Positions 13,881-25,606 of a stretch of DNA of 64,000 nucleotides are shown here, in pieces; within the stretch, counting starts at the first letter, position 1, and the number at the start of each line of letters is the position of its first letter. The translations under genes and the position numbers were made by a program. Origin of the DNA: Octopus sinensis (lineage: Eukaryota); assembly GCF_006345805.1 (NCBI RefSeq), contig NC_042999.1, positions 159,092,001 to 159,156,000 on the forward strand, given 5' to 3'. Under the pieces are notes generated by a model. That model did no database searches and was not told where the DNA came from. It saw nothing but the letters and a program-made list of their open reading frames with translations.

Positions 13881-14635
13881 CAGGGGTTGGACAAAATAAT
13901 AGAAACACCTAGCATCATAATTTTGAAATATGTGTAAAAACGTCAAAAGCTTATTTGTTTTAATGTTTTTTCATTTATTAGTAGTGTTGCTTAATATGTT
14001 TTGCTAAAATTGATGTGTCTTTTCAGATATCACAAGAAAAAGGTAATTAATATTCATTAAAATGACAGGTCTATCGAACCTTCAAACAGGTCAAACTGTT
14101 GGTGTTCGTATGCCTGGTGCTAGCGTAACGAAAACGGCCGAAATGTTTGGGGTATCAAGAAGTACTGTCTCGAAAGTAATGATGGCCTTTGAGAAGAAAG
14201 GGAAAAAACCTCCTCGTCGGAATAAAACTCCAGAAGAAAAACAAAACTTTCAGATGGAGACTATCGGACTCTTACGCGAATTGTTAGAAAGGATCACAAA
14301 AGCACAGCTCCCAAAATTACTGCAGAAATTCATGACCACCTCGAGAACCCAGTTTCCACAAAAACTGTTCACCGGAAGCTGCACAAAGCCGGATTTCACG
14401 GGAGGGCTACATTCAGAAAACCAATGCTTTCAAAAATAAATGTTTCAAAGCGTTTAGAGTGGAGTAAAAACCTACAGAATAGGTCCCTAGAGCAGCGGAA
14501 GAATGTTATATTCTTGGACGAGTCATCCTTCACCTTATTTCAGACCACCGGCCGGGACAGCCAAAGAAGCATTTGACCCAGACTGCTGTCTTCCAACTGT
14601 AAACATGGAAGATCTGTGATGATCTGGAGGAGCTA
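13881..14635 (+). mobile_element. Tc1-like transposon, 5' part
   Basis: TA + caggggttggacaaaataat TIR; MTGLSNLQTGQTVGVRMPGASVTKTAEMFGVSRSTVSKV HTH; VIFLDESSFTLF; truncated by an RTE element. Confidence 0.88.
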
Positions 14636-14649
14636 GCTATTACATGTGG

Positions 14650-16160
14650 AGGATGAATGGGAGACTTGGATCCCCACCCACCCCCGCCTGTGAACCCAAC
14701 AGAGGGACTAGCTATTCTAGGTGACAGCGGTATGACAGATAAGGCAAATAAAGATATTAAGACAAGGAAAGCCTTTGGTCTTTCAAGAATCTCAACTGAG
14801 ATACTTAAAATATCTAGAGTTGGATACCGTCTAGTTACCTGCTTAGGTAATCCGATTTTTTAGGAAAACATAATCCCCGCCCGAAGACTAGAGTGTAGCA
14901 GCATCATTATTCATCTGCTACAAGGATAATGGAGATACCTTAGATAGAAGCAATTATAGAGGCATCTAATTACAGGGCCAGGTGATGAACGTTACGGAGA
15001 GAGTCATTGCCTAATCAATTAGGAAGAGAACTGAGTTAGATGAAATGCAGTTCAGGTTTGTGCCGGAGAGAAGCATTGTTGCTGCTACTTTGAAAGTCAA
15101 GCAGCTGCAAAAGAAGTTTTCGGCCAAGAATCAGCCGTTGTGTTTGGCATTTGTTGATCTCGCGAAAGCCTTCGACAGAGTACTTCGATCTGGGATATCG
15201 TGGAAGGTAGGAATAGACGAATAGCTTGTGAATGCAGAACAGGCCATGTTCATGAGTGCCGTCAATATGGTAAGACTTCGCCATGAGTATAGTGACGAAT
15301 TTAGTATACAAGTAATTGTTTATCAAGGCTCGGTCCACAACCCCCTCCTAATCATCATTGTCCACGTGAACGCACTGATTATGCTGATTATCCTGCTCAG
15401 ATAGCAGAATTTGTAACATAACTAGAAAAGAAATTCAAGATGTAGAAGTGAAACCTGCGACATGCGTACCATGTTAACTTAACGAAGACCAAGATTCTAG
15501 TAAGCAAGGAAACGGACAAGACATTAGCCCCTTCAAGATAAATGGCCCTGCTCAATGTGTAGGAAAGGTGTAGACATAAATTCCATTAGGTGTAGTGGAA
15601 ATAATAGGAAGATTAACAGAGAAAGTAGTGAGTATATGCGGAAGATGCACAAGAGATATAAAGTCTATAAGATACACGGAGAAAAGATTTTCTGATGAGA
15701 AAGTAGATGATTTCTGCTACCTAAGTGACCTGATTAGCAGAGGAGAATTATATACCGAAAGCGCAATTGCTAAAATAAGAATAAGATAAAGTTCAGAGAG
15801 TTTTTTCCATAGTTGGCAATCAAGTATCTCTTTCTCCGAGTGAAAAGAATCTTACATGATGCATATATACGAAGAGCAGTGCTACATGGTAGCGAGACGT
15901 GAGGTGTGATGCCTGAATGTAAAGGAAATACGAAGACTATAGAAGAATGACGCTAGTATGCTCTGCTGTATGTGCAATGTCAGGATGTATGTGCGACAGA
16001 GTGCTAATGTGATGAGAGAAAAAGTTAGGCATAAAAAGAATTAGACACCGTGTGTCTCAGCAAAGACTGTACTGGTTTGGCCTTGCTTTGCATATGGATG
16101 AGGACAGTTGCATAAAGAAGTGGATGGAACTCGTGGAAGCGGGAGACCAAGGAAAACAAG
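14650..16160 (+). mobile_element. RTE-clade LINE RT relic
   Basis: QFRFVPERS..KQLQKK..LCLAFVDLAKAFDRV; QGSVHNPLL; GTRGSGRPRKT near the 3' end. Confidence 0.88.
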
Positions 16161-16726
16161 TAGGGGAAAATGATATACACTTTATAAGATCAGTAAATGT
16201 TTAGTTATATATAGATCTTAAATGATTGGTTGTTCCGTGTATAATTTTACATGTAAGACAATATCCAGTCTTTGCTTGGATGAAATTCGTGATTCGATAT
16301 TTTGATTATTTTCGATAAATAATGGACTAAGTATCTGCTGAATGATAGAACCCTTTTCGTTTGATTAGAGATGTGCTCAAAATACAATTGGACATGATAC
16401 TACTTGACAATCTGTTCAAAATTATCAAATTAACGGCGCCCCTAGGCAAATCAGACATTGTCTTCAACGAAAAGGGAAGAACAACGACTGATTACGATTG
16501 TGGGGGCCATGGAAAGATCCATGCTAGTAATACCGGTGAGAGAGCACATTCGTCACGGGAGAACGATGTGATAGCGGAATAGGGAAACCACAAGTACCGC
16601 AGGAGTAGCCATAAAGCAATAAAGCACACACAACACAGGTGGAACCATGTGGATATCAAAGAAATATAAAGAATCGAAAGAGACGGGTAATGTTTAAAGA
16701 CACCTGAATGTCTACTCGATAAAGTG

Positions 16727-16759
<33 letters not shown>

Positions 16760-16777
16760 ATATATATTTAAATTAAT

Positions 16778-17061
16778 ATGTTACCATTATTTAATAGCCA
16801 AGATAAAACTCTGAGTTTCGGATGCCGAAGTGGAAATCCACAACACAATCTCTTCGGTTATCTGGCCATCTGAAAAAAAGCGTTTTTTCAGATGGCCAGA
16901 TAACTGAAGAGATGGTGTTGTGGATTTCCACTTCGGCATCCGAAACTCAGAGTTTTATTTTGGCTATTGAATAATGGTAACATTAATTTACAGATAAATT
17001 TCCTCTATTTACATAATATTCAGGCCTATTTCTTTCTTTTGTTATCTTACCGTTTTTACCA

Positions 17062-17063
<2 letters not shown>
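16778..17063. mobile_element. Head-to-head palindromic hammerhead element (HHRs 16801-16863 minus, 16898-16960 plus)
   Basis: Arms 16778-16877 and 16883-16983; agataa CYGAAGA gatg..catcc GAAACTCAGAGTT ttatyt. Third copy at 36200-36302. Confidence 0.8.
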
Positions 17064-17113
<50 letters not shown>

Positions 17114-17334
17114 TATATATGTATGTATGTATGTATGTATTATGTATGTATGTATGTATGTATGTATACATGGCGGGGTGCGTACTTTTATTTTTATTGA
17201 TTTATCTATTTGATCGAAGTCATATAGTTTTCTTATCAAGGGTTTCATAACTACTATGTAATCAACAAAAGATTATATAAGAAAATAATAATTTTTGTAG
17301 AGTGTCTAAGTTTCGATTATTCAAAGCAACTTAC

Positions 17335-17485
17335 TATTTCTGCAAGCCCATAATATGCCTTGTACGCCGACAATGGGTAATTGTGTATCAAAGTGTTTAT
17401 ACAATGTTCGGCTTCTTCCATTTTCTTCAATTTGAATTTTACGTAACACAAGTTCCACAAGACGTCTTCTCGATCCATCTGTGAA
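17335..17485 (-). CDS. TMTC-like gene TPR exon: SQMDREDVLWNLCYVKFKLKKMEEAEHCINTLIHNYPLSAYKAYYGLAEI
   Basis: Acceptor ttttccttag and donor gtaagt; 151 bp, phase 2 to 0. Continues the TPR register from the 39609 exon across a 22-kb intron. Confidence 0.82.
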
Positions 17486-18425
17486 CTAAGGAAAATATGT
17501 CTTAGAGTAATTGGAAGATATGAAACGTGGAACATAGATATAGAAACATGTTTACTATTAGCACTGAAAATCAGGTAATTTACCATTATCCGTTGGTTAC
17601 GAGTTAATATGCGCTGCTACTGCTGAACAATAATTTTCGTGCATGAAAGTTACAGAGGATTTAGTGACTGCCGTGTCTTTCATATTTGAAAAGTCGCTTG
17701 TTATGATATGACTTCTATTGTATATATATATATATAGTATATGCACATATATACGTATAAATACATACATACACACATACACACATACATACATATACAT
17801 AAGCATTCGTAATTCAAACATTTTATATATATTATTTATATTCTTTATCAAAGGAAAACGCATATTGCATTTATTTCATTAATTAATGCTTAAGAAAATA
17901 ACTGATTAATTAATCGATCGGTGAGTTAATTGCTTGATCAATCAATAAATTATGTGCTTCGTTATAGTCATTTCCACGTCGATCGTAAACTAATTAATTA
18001 CATATCATCTTTACTCCGTGTCGGTCTCGTTACTTCTAAGATTTTTTGACTGCAGAGTTTTATTGATGTGTTTCTTTAGGTGAAGATTGTGCATGAGCGC
18101 GCCCGTGTGTGTGTGTGTGTGTCTGCTTGTGCAAAGAGAAACATTGTGCTGTAAAATACGAGCCGTAAGAGAATAGTATGTTTATGAGAATAAATCTGAC
18201 GAAATGATTGTAGGTATTAAATGTATAAATATATACGTGTATGTACTTGTGTGTATATATATATGTATGAGTGTGTGTGAGTGGGTGTGTGTAGATAGAT
18301 AGAAAAATACAAATGCACACACACACACACTTATATCTTTCTATTATCAATCTATCTATCTATCTAACCATCTATCAATCCATATGTATATATAAATATA
18401 TAAATATACAAAAATACATTTATGT

Positions 18426-18967
18426 ATAATAGAAATATTAAAATTACTAAGTCTCTCTAACAGAGATTACGGCAGCGTTACTGGAAATTAATTGTTATCG
18501 CCATATTAATATGGCAGTCTTATAGATATAAGACTAAAGCTGTCACTGATTACCTCCATAAGGCCTTCGCCTTAAGCTAGCTATTTGACACACGAACTGC
18601 GTCCATTATAACCTTCGAACAAGGGAGGTCAGTCGCTTCACACTGCCAGTAATTTTAATATTTCTATTATTGAAAACAAGTGGATGTATTCCACCGAAAC
18701 TAGATAAATAAGGCCTTCGAACAGAGACGATCAGTAGCGACACCTGCTGGGTCTGACTACGCTGCATTGATAAAGGGCAACTACCCTGAAACGCGTCTGT
18801 AGCTGTCGGACTGGCAGTGTGAAGCGGCTGACCTCGCTTGTTCGAAGGTTATAATGGACGCAGTTTGTGTGTCAAATAGCTAGCTTAAGGCGATGGCCTC
18901 ATGGAGCTAATCAGCGACAGCTTTAGTCTTATATCTATAAGACTGCCATATTAATATGGCGATAACA
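18426..18967. mobile_element. Inverted, circularly permuted hammerhead element (HHR 18761-18803 plus)
   Basis: Arms 18493-18650 and 18810-18967; gctgca TTGATAA aggg..ccct GAAACGCGTC tgtagc. Confidence 0.8.
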
Positions 18968-18969
18968 TT

Positions 18970-19037
<68 letters not shown>

Positions 19038-19719
19038 CATTATAGATATAGTGTAAAAAATTATTAATGTATAATTAATGAATTTTACCAAGTAGTTTCG
19101 GTATGGAAAGGAACCATATTCAGTAAAAACTTCTGCAATAAGTTTTATGTATAATTATAACAATAATTAAGGGTTTAGCAACAAGTTGCTTCACCACATA
19201 CCGAAAATCTAGAAATAGCAGCCAAAAGACTGTTATTTCATTTCGCTACAAAATATGACTCCACAGATAACACTATCTGTAACTCACATAGGTAAAAAGA
19301 AGGGAAATAATTAAATCAAACAGTTTTCGATTAATTATAGACGCGTTTCTGGATTAGAATTATAAAATTTCATTTCCTTTATCAACATAATATTTCGAGA
19401 ATTATAAACTTGAAAATGCCAGAAATCTTACCCTTTGCATTTCTGACCAAGCGCCATCAGAACATAACACAAGTCAGTCAGCATATCCAAACTTATATAG
19501 ACGAATGAAATTCATATTTTCCCTCCAAATTTACCACGTGCGTTACGAGACAGTACCGCAGAAAGAGATCCGCAGCATTTTGTTACCAGGGAGTAAAATA
19601 ATCATTATAGATATAGGGTAAGAAGGTATTAATTTATATTTAATAAATTTTACTAAGTAGTTTCGGTATGGAAAAGAACCCTATTCGGTAAAAACATATA
19701 CAAGAAGTTTTATATATAA

Positions 19720-20232
19720 CTAGCAGTATCGCCCGGCGTTGCTCGGGTTTGTAAGGGAAATAACTATATAAGCATTTTTAGAGAGTTACTTCCCTTATAG
19801 ATGCCAATTCGGGCTTTCTTAGCCATTTCTGTTTTGGTGTCTTCAAGCCATGAAGTCATTGTTCTAAAAGAACGCTGGTCTCCTTGACAACGCTTTACGA
19901 CGTTGATTTCCTTACACTCCCTTCCCCACAGCTTCACGAGGGAGGGAAGAAGGGGGAGAAGCAAACAGGTGCAGGTGTGACCATGGACGCCAACTCCGCC
20001 GCCATCGACACACAAAAAATTATGCATTAAAATGGAGTAAAAAATGATGTTAAATTATTTTTAAAATCGTAGAATCATCGTAGACGCGCGCTAATACTCA
20101 GACGGGCTCGATATGAATCACGACTATAAGATACCCGAATTTGGTTAAACTACACCGCAAAATGTGGGAGTAGTTAGGAATCTAAATCGAAAGGGACAGA
20201 CACTCACACAACTACAGTTTTATATATAGAGA
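19720..20232 (-). mobile_element. Non-autonomous Helitron, family A variant
   Basis: Same termini and hairpin as 1107-1508 with a different middle. An empty site is visible in the paralogous repeat near 19150. Confidence 0.88.
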
Positions 20233-20716
20233 TTATAACAATAATAAAAGGTTTAGCTTAACCACATATCACGTGTATATATTTTATCAATTTGCCTACG
20301 ACTGATAATTCGCTTCCCACGCATGATGATATTTTGATAACACCATCCCATATGTATATATATATATTTATAAATAATTTGATGTATTTCGTTTCTTTGA
20401 ATAATGTTTGGTCACTTCAACCTAAATTTTGCAGGCATGGTGGGGGGACATTTTAGTAGTAGATAGAAGGCATACTTTGGCTGAAGAGAAACAGGCACAT
20501 ATTTGGCGCTAATTTCGAAACTGGTACCAAGTAGACCAGCAGAGGTAAGACGTTTTTCCTACCATGCCTATAGTAGATTTGTGACTATTTCAATAAACCT
20601 TGGAATTTCTACCTTTATATGTAACATCTTTGATACTTATGTGAATTTTTTGCCACTCTGATAGCTATTTGTTTTATTGTGCACATTGAAAAAAATACAC
20701 ATACATGTATATATAT

Positions 20717-20769
<53 letters not shown>

Positions 20770-20773
20770 ATAT

Positions 20774-20841
<68 letters not shown>

Positions 20842-20854
20842 ATATATATAGTAC

Positions 20855-21300
20855 AGGCGTAGGAGTGGCTGTGTGGTAAGTAGGTTGCTTACCAACCACA
20901 TGGTTCCGGGTTCAGTCCCACTGCGTGGCACCTTGGGCAAGTGTCTTCTACTATAGCCTCGGGCCGACCAATGCCTTGTGAGTGGATTTGGTAGACGGAA
21001 ACTGAAAGAAGACCGTCATATATATATGTATAATATATATATATATACTATATATATATATATATTATATGTGTGTGTGTGTGTGTATGTGTGTGTGTGT
21101 GTGTATCTGTGTTTGTCCCTCCAACATCGTTTGACAACCGATGCTGTTGTGTTTAGGTCCCCGTAACTTAGCCGTTCGGCAACAGAGACCGATAAAATAA
21201 GTACTAGGCTTACAAAGAATAAGTCTTGGGGTCGATTTGCTCGACTAAAAGGTGGTGCTCCAGCATGACCACAGTCAAATGACTGAAATAAGTAAAAGAG
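20855..21300 (+). mobile_element. Same abundant SINE, full length
   Basis: Colinear with the other copies from head to gagtaaaag tail. Confidence 0.9.
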
Positions 21301-21409
21301 TATATATATATATATATATATATGATGTATATGTATGTTTGTTTGTATGAGTGTGTATATGTATGTATGTAAGTATATATGTAAACATGCAAAACGAGGG
21401 AAGGCAAAG

Positions 21410-22270
21410 AAGTGGAGACTATCAGACGATGGGTATTTAAGTATAAATATACAGATATTTATATTAATAGATCTGACTTACACAGAGTAAAAAAGATAGA
21501 CAAAATTAAAGAGGTGGAAGAAAGGTGCTATAATCCAACAGCTATTTCTGGGGCTTGGAGATCCATGATGATGTTGGTAGATGTAGTTCATCACAATATG
21601 CGGCCGTAACTGAAGCAAACTTTGGTTAAGACGAGCCTGCGTGATCAGGCTAGAGATGTTCGTGCATTTCAGATGTTAATGCAGAGAAGTTCAAATGTAA
21701 GTCCTCTACACATGATTTCACTGAAGGCGTAGGTCTGCAAAAATATTTTCAACGTTGGGCTGGACAGATGGGCAACCTAGATATGGTGTTGTTTTGTCTT
21801 GGCCTGTTTTCAGTTTTGGTGCTCATCATCGAAGGTCCTGTGTGTGCCAGCCGTGTTTTCAATCCCTCATTACGGATCGCATGACTTCATTTGCTACAAA
21901 GTGGTAGCTTTACAAAACACGTATTGGTCTTGGCTGTATTGATTTTGCTAGGTGATCTGACGATGTCTTAGCGTTTAGTGAATGAATATTGACAGACACT
22001 CTCCACCAAGAATTTCCAGAATTGTATGGGGTTGCCGTTTTTGCTTCCCGCCTCATTGCATCTACTGTGTATCTTGTGAATCTTATTTGTAATGTAGGCC
22101 GTCTTCGCTCTGATGGGTAGGGATGAATAATAAGAAACATATAAGGCCCATGCATGTTGCTTTTTTGTAAAAGTTGGTGGAGATACATCTGGTGTTAATG
22201 ATTCTGAGTTCAAAGGCAGAATCAAGGGACCAGCGTTATTGAGGAACCACTTCAAATTATATTTGTTCAT
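21410..22270 (-). mobile_element. PLE relic: RT thumb region plus 3' end with a degenerate hammerhead
   Basis: STNFYKKATCMG/YVSYYSSLPIRAKTAYITNKIHKIHSRC; gaaatagctgtt motif near 21540. Confidence 0.6.
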
Positions 22271-22289
22271 CGATATTGTTGTACATATT

Positions 22290-22306
22290 GTATGTATGTA
22301 TGCATG

Positions 22307-22337
<31 letters not shown>

Positions 22338-22512
22338 GTATGTATGTATGTATTTATGTATGTATGTATGTATGTATGTATGTATGTATGTATTTATGTA
22401 TGTATGTATGTATGTATGTATTTATGTATGTATGTATGTATGTATGTATGTATGCATGCATGTATGTATGTATGTATGTATGTATGTGTGTATGCATGTA
22501 TGTATGTATGCA
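22290..22512. repeat. (TATG)n microsatellite, representative of dozens of TA/TG/TATG tracts
   Basis: Direct inspection. Confidence 0.95.
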
Positions 22513-23350
22513 TGAATGAATGGAGAGATAGATAGACAGAGAGACAGACAGATAGACACTCAGACATACAGGCAGACTGACAGACAGACAGATATATATA
22601 TATTGATTTGCCTAATAGTGGTTTTATCTCTAATTTAATTTATATATATATATATATACATATACGCACTTACATATATGAATGTCTGTATGCATATGTG
22701 TATACATGTGATTATAGAGCGGGTTTCTAGTTTTTTCTCCTATGCAGGAATTTTGTGTATGTGTGTGTGTTGCGTGTGTGTATGTGTGCGAGCGTGTGTG
22801 CGTGCGTACGTGTGCATGCACGGGCGCATGCACGCGCGCATGCGCGCATACGCACACACTCATACACGAACGTCACGCATAGATTTCTGTTAGAAGATAA
22901 CAGTAATTACGGGAAAGAAACTGAGAAGTTCCCTATTTGTCTTGGACCACGCCGTGTTTGTAAGGTCAATTCTCTGTTTCTTCAATGCAGGCATTCAGAG
23001 TTCCGTTATTAAATATATTGTCTTTCAGAGGCGCTCTGCACGTGATAATTTACAAAGTAACGTAGACCATTTTTTTTTTCGGTTTAAGGGTTGATCATCG
23101 AAATACAGTAAATGCCAATCAAGATGACATGGTGACCCTTTCCAATGAGAATTCCTAAACTCATTTTCGATTTCAAATAGCAATTTACTCTTATTCCTAT
23201 TTGGCTACATAACTGAATTTTATGACAAATCTAGCTTCGAACATGTGTTACTACACTATAGGGTTTTCCATAAAACTAGACAGACAACCTGACGGTGCTT
23301 ATTAACTCTTCAAGTATGACAGGCCTTGAAAATTCCTGAGAGTAAACTAA

Positions 23351-23747
23351 TCTTTATATATAAAAGAGAAGTTGTGTGTCTGTCTCCTATGATTTAGATT
23401 CCTAACTACTCCTACATTTTGCGGTGCAGTTTAACCAAAACCGGGTATCTTATAGTCGTGATTCATATCGAGCCCTTCTGGGTATTAGCGCGCGTCTACA
23501 ATGAGTCTACGATTTAAAAAAAAAATTACCATCATTTTTTTTCCATTTTAATGCATTTTTTCGCTATTATATAAGGGAAGTAACTCTCTGAAAATGTCTA
23601 CGATGAGTCAACGATTTAAAAAAAAATTTACCATCATTTTTTCCATTTGTAATGCATTTTTTTGCTATTTTTTGGCTATAACTCTCTAAAAATGCTTATA
23701 TAGTTATTTCCCTTACAAACCCGAGCAACGCCGGGCGATACTGCTAG
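23351..23747 (+). mobile_element. Non-autonomous Helitron, family A, with internal duplication
   Basis: A^TC...CTAG^T termini and hairpin; duplicated gtctacgatgagtc...ccatcattttt block. Confidence 0.85.
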
Positions 23748-24049
23748 TTCTACATATTTTCATAACTGCTTTTTATCGCTTTCACTCTATATAACTTACA
23801 TAAAATGTTATTAAAGATTACGTTGTGTTCATCTACTTATGCTTTCCAGGTGCACTTGAAACTCACATGTAAGTAGTGTTATATTAAAATATAACACCAC
23901 TTAAGATTTTATTCAATAAACTAGATGCCATACAAGTATTCTTAAAGCATATCATAACCAAGGTTTATATATACTGTTAGTCGCAGTATTCTTGTGGGAT
24001 AAATTACCCACATCTATAAATTCCTGCCCAATGAAGGTTGTGTTATCGT

Positions 24050-24890
24050 ATTAATTTGCATCTTCTATCTTCTCAGTTAATTCTAGCTTGCATCTGCCTT
24101 TCCGTTACCACCCAGAGCATTCCTAAAATGCTTCCTGCAGCTTCATTCTTCCTTATAAAGGTAAAATATTGGAGAAAGAGAAGTGAGAAGATACAACAGA
24201 AAATGATGCATTCAATGTTTCCAAGGTTTTCGCTGTGGACTTAAAAGAGAAGCTCTTACAGCTTTGAAGTTATTGAGATTCTATTAGATTATACCATTTG
24301 GCAGCATTGATAGGGAATCACTTTGGAAGATGGCTGACATTCAAAAATGATTCGCTATACTTGCTATTATTGGCATTTTAAAAGTCAATGGCTTTTACGC
24401 ACACTGCTTGCTGAAAGACTGTACACCGTGCCACGATATTCCTCTGTGTCAAAATATGTTCAATACAACGTAGACTGAACCGGTACCCTGCTTCTGTTTC
24501 TCGGTGCTGCATCTATAACTTGTCCAGTCCTGTTCAATAACACAACGTAGAACATTTTCCCAAGCATGGACAACATACAGTTTTTTGCCAGTTGTTATAG
24601 ACTTCACATTGACCTAATACCTGATAAGCATACATTTTTTGAGATATTATTTCATCAGTTGATATTCTGTCGAATCAACCAGCTTTAATATTGAATAGTT
24701 TCCTCGGTTCTTGGTTTATTTCTTCCTATAGATCGTGTCAGTTATTACTTGCGGTGATTCACTTGTTTTTTCTCAGTTGAAGTCACCGAGTACGACTAGA
24801 TTTGACTGGTTCAATATCTCTAAAGGCTTTCCAATCATCAGCTATATTGTTTTTTTACCCTCCAGTTTTATCCTTGACAGGTACACGTGT
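24050..24890 (-). mobile_element. Degenerate LINE endonuclease fragment
   Basis: NLVVLGDFN motif near 24780-24810; otherwise heavily decayed. Confidence 0.4.
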
Positions 24891-24909
24891 TTACTTTTTG
24901 AAGTACTAT

Positions 24910-25606
24910 TCTGACCTAGTCTACAGAATTCCGTCCAAATGATTTTGAAGACTGCGAACAAATGATAATCAGAGGGGGCAATCTCCAGCAAATATTGTGT
25001 GTGGGGCATCGTTTTCCATTCAAACTGCTCCAGCCTTTAGAATGTCATCTTCGCTGTATGTGGCCGAGCATTATCCTGAAGGAAGAACACCTTTCGTCTT
25101 CAAACTAAAGATGACCGTTTTCTTCTATTGCTGACTTGAATGACTGGGTGAATGATCAAATCCAAGCTGTTCTCCTAGTTCCTCAACAGTTACGATGGGA
25201 TTTTGTTCCACCAGGGTTTGCTGAACAGATCTTCCAGGATGAGGTTCGTCTCCAAGGCTGTAGTTTCTGATTCGGAATTTCTGGACCCACAGTTGACGCT
25301 GGCTTACGCGTATTGTCCGATCCCCATACACTGCATTAATATTCCTCGCATTTTCCGTTGCGTTGTTGTCTTTAATGAATTCATAAAGCAAAATATGCCG
25401 AAAGTGCTCCTTTCTCATTTCCATTATAGCTTTGAAAAAAACTGTTAATATCGAACTGCACTCTTCAAAAGTTGCACTAAGAATAAGCACAAGGTAAAAT
25501 TACTACCCGCTTCTATAGTAAGTTGATGCAGGTAGTTTATCCCGTCCTCCTCCGACTTTTAGTTCATGCAATTGAAAAAAACCGCATTATTTATGGGATG
25601 ACCCAA
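24910..25606 (-). mobile_element. Internally deleted mariner
   Basis: TIR ttgggtcatcccataaataatgcgg with flanking TA; EHFRHILLYEF...WVQKFR..DEPHPGR; QDNARPH and APSDYHLF motifs. Confidence 0.9.

Noticed and set aside
16218-16337. Candidate next phase-0 exon of the TMTC-like gene (QILSPLFIENNQ...EQPII*)
   Set aside because: An acceptor and an open frame exist, but there is no TPR similarity; it needs RNA evidence.
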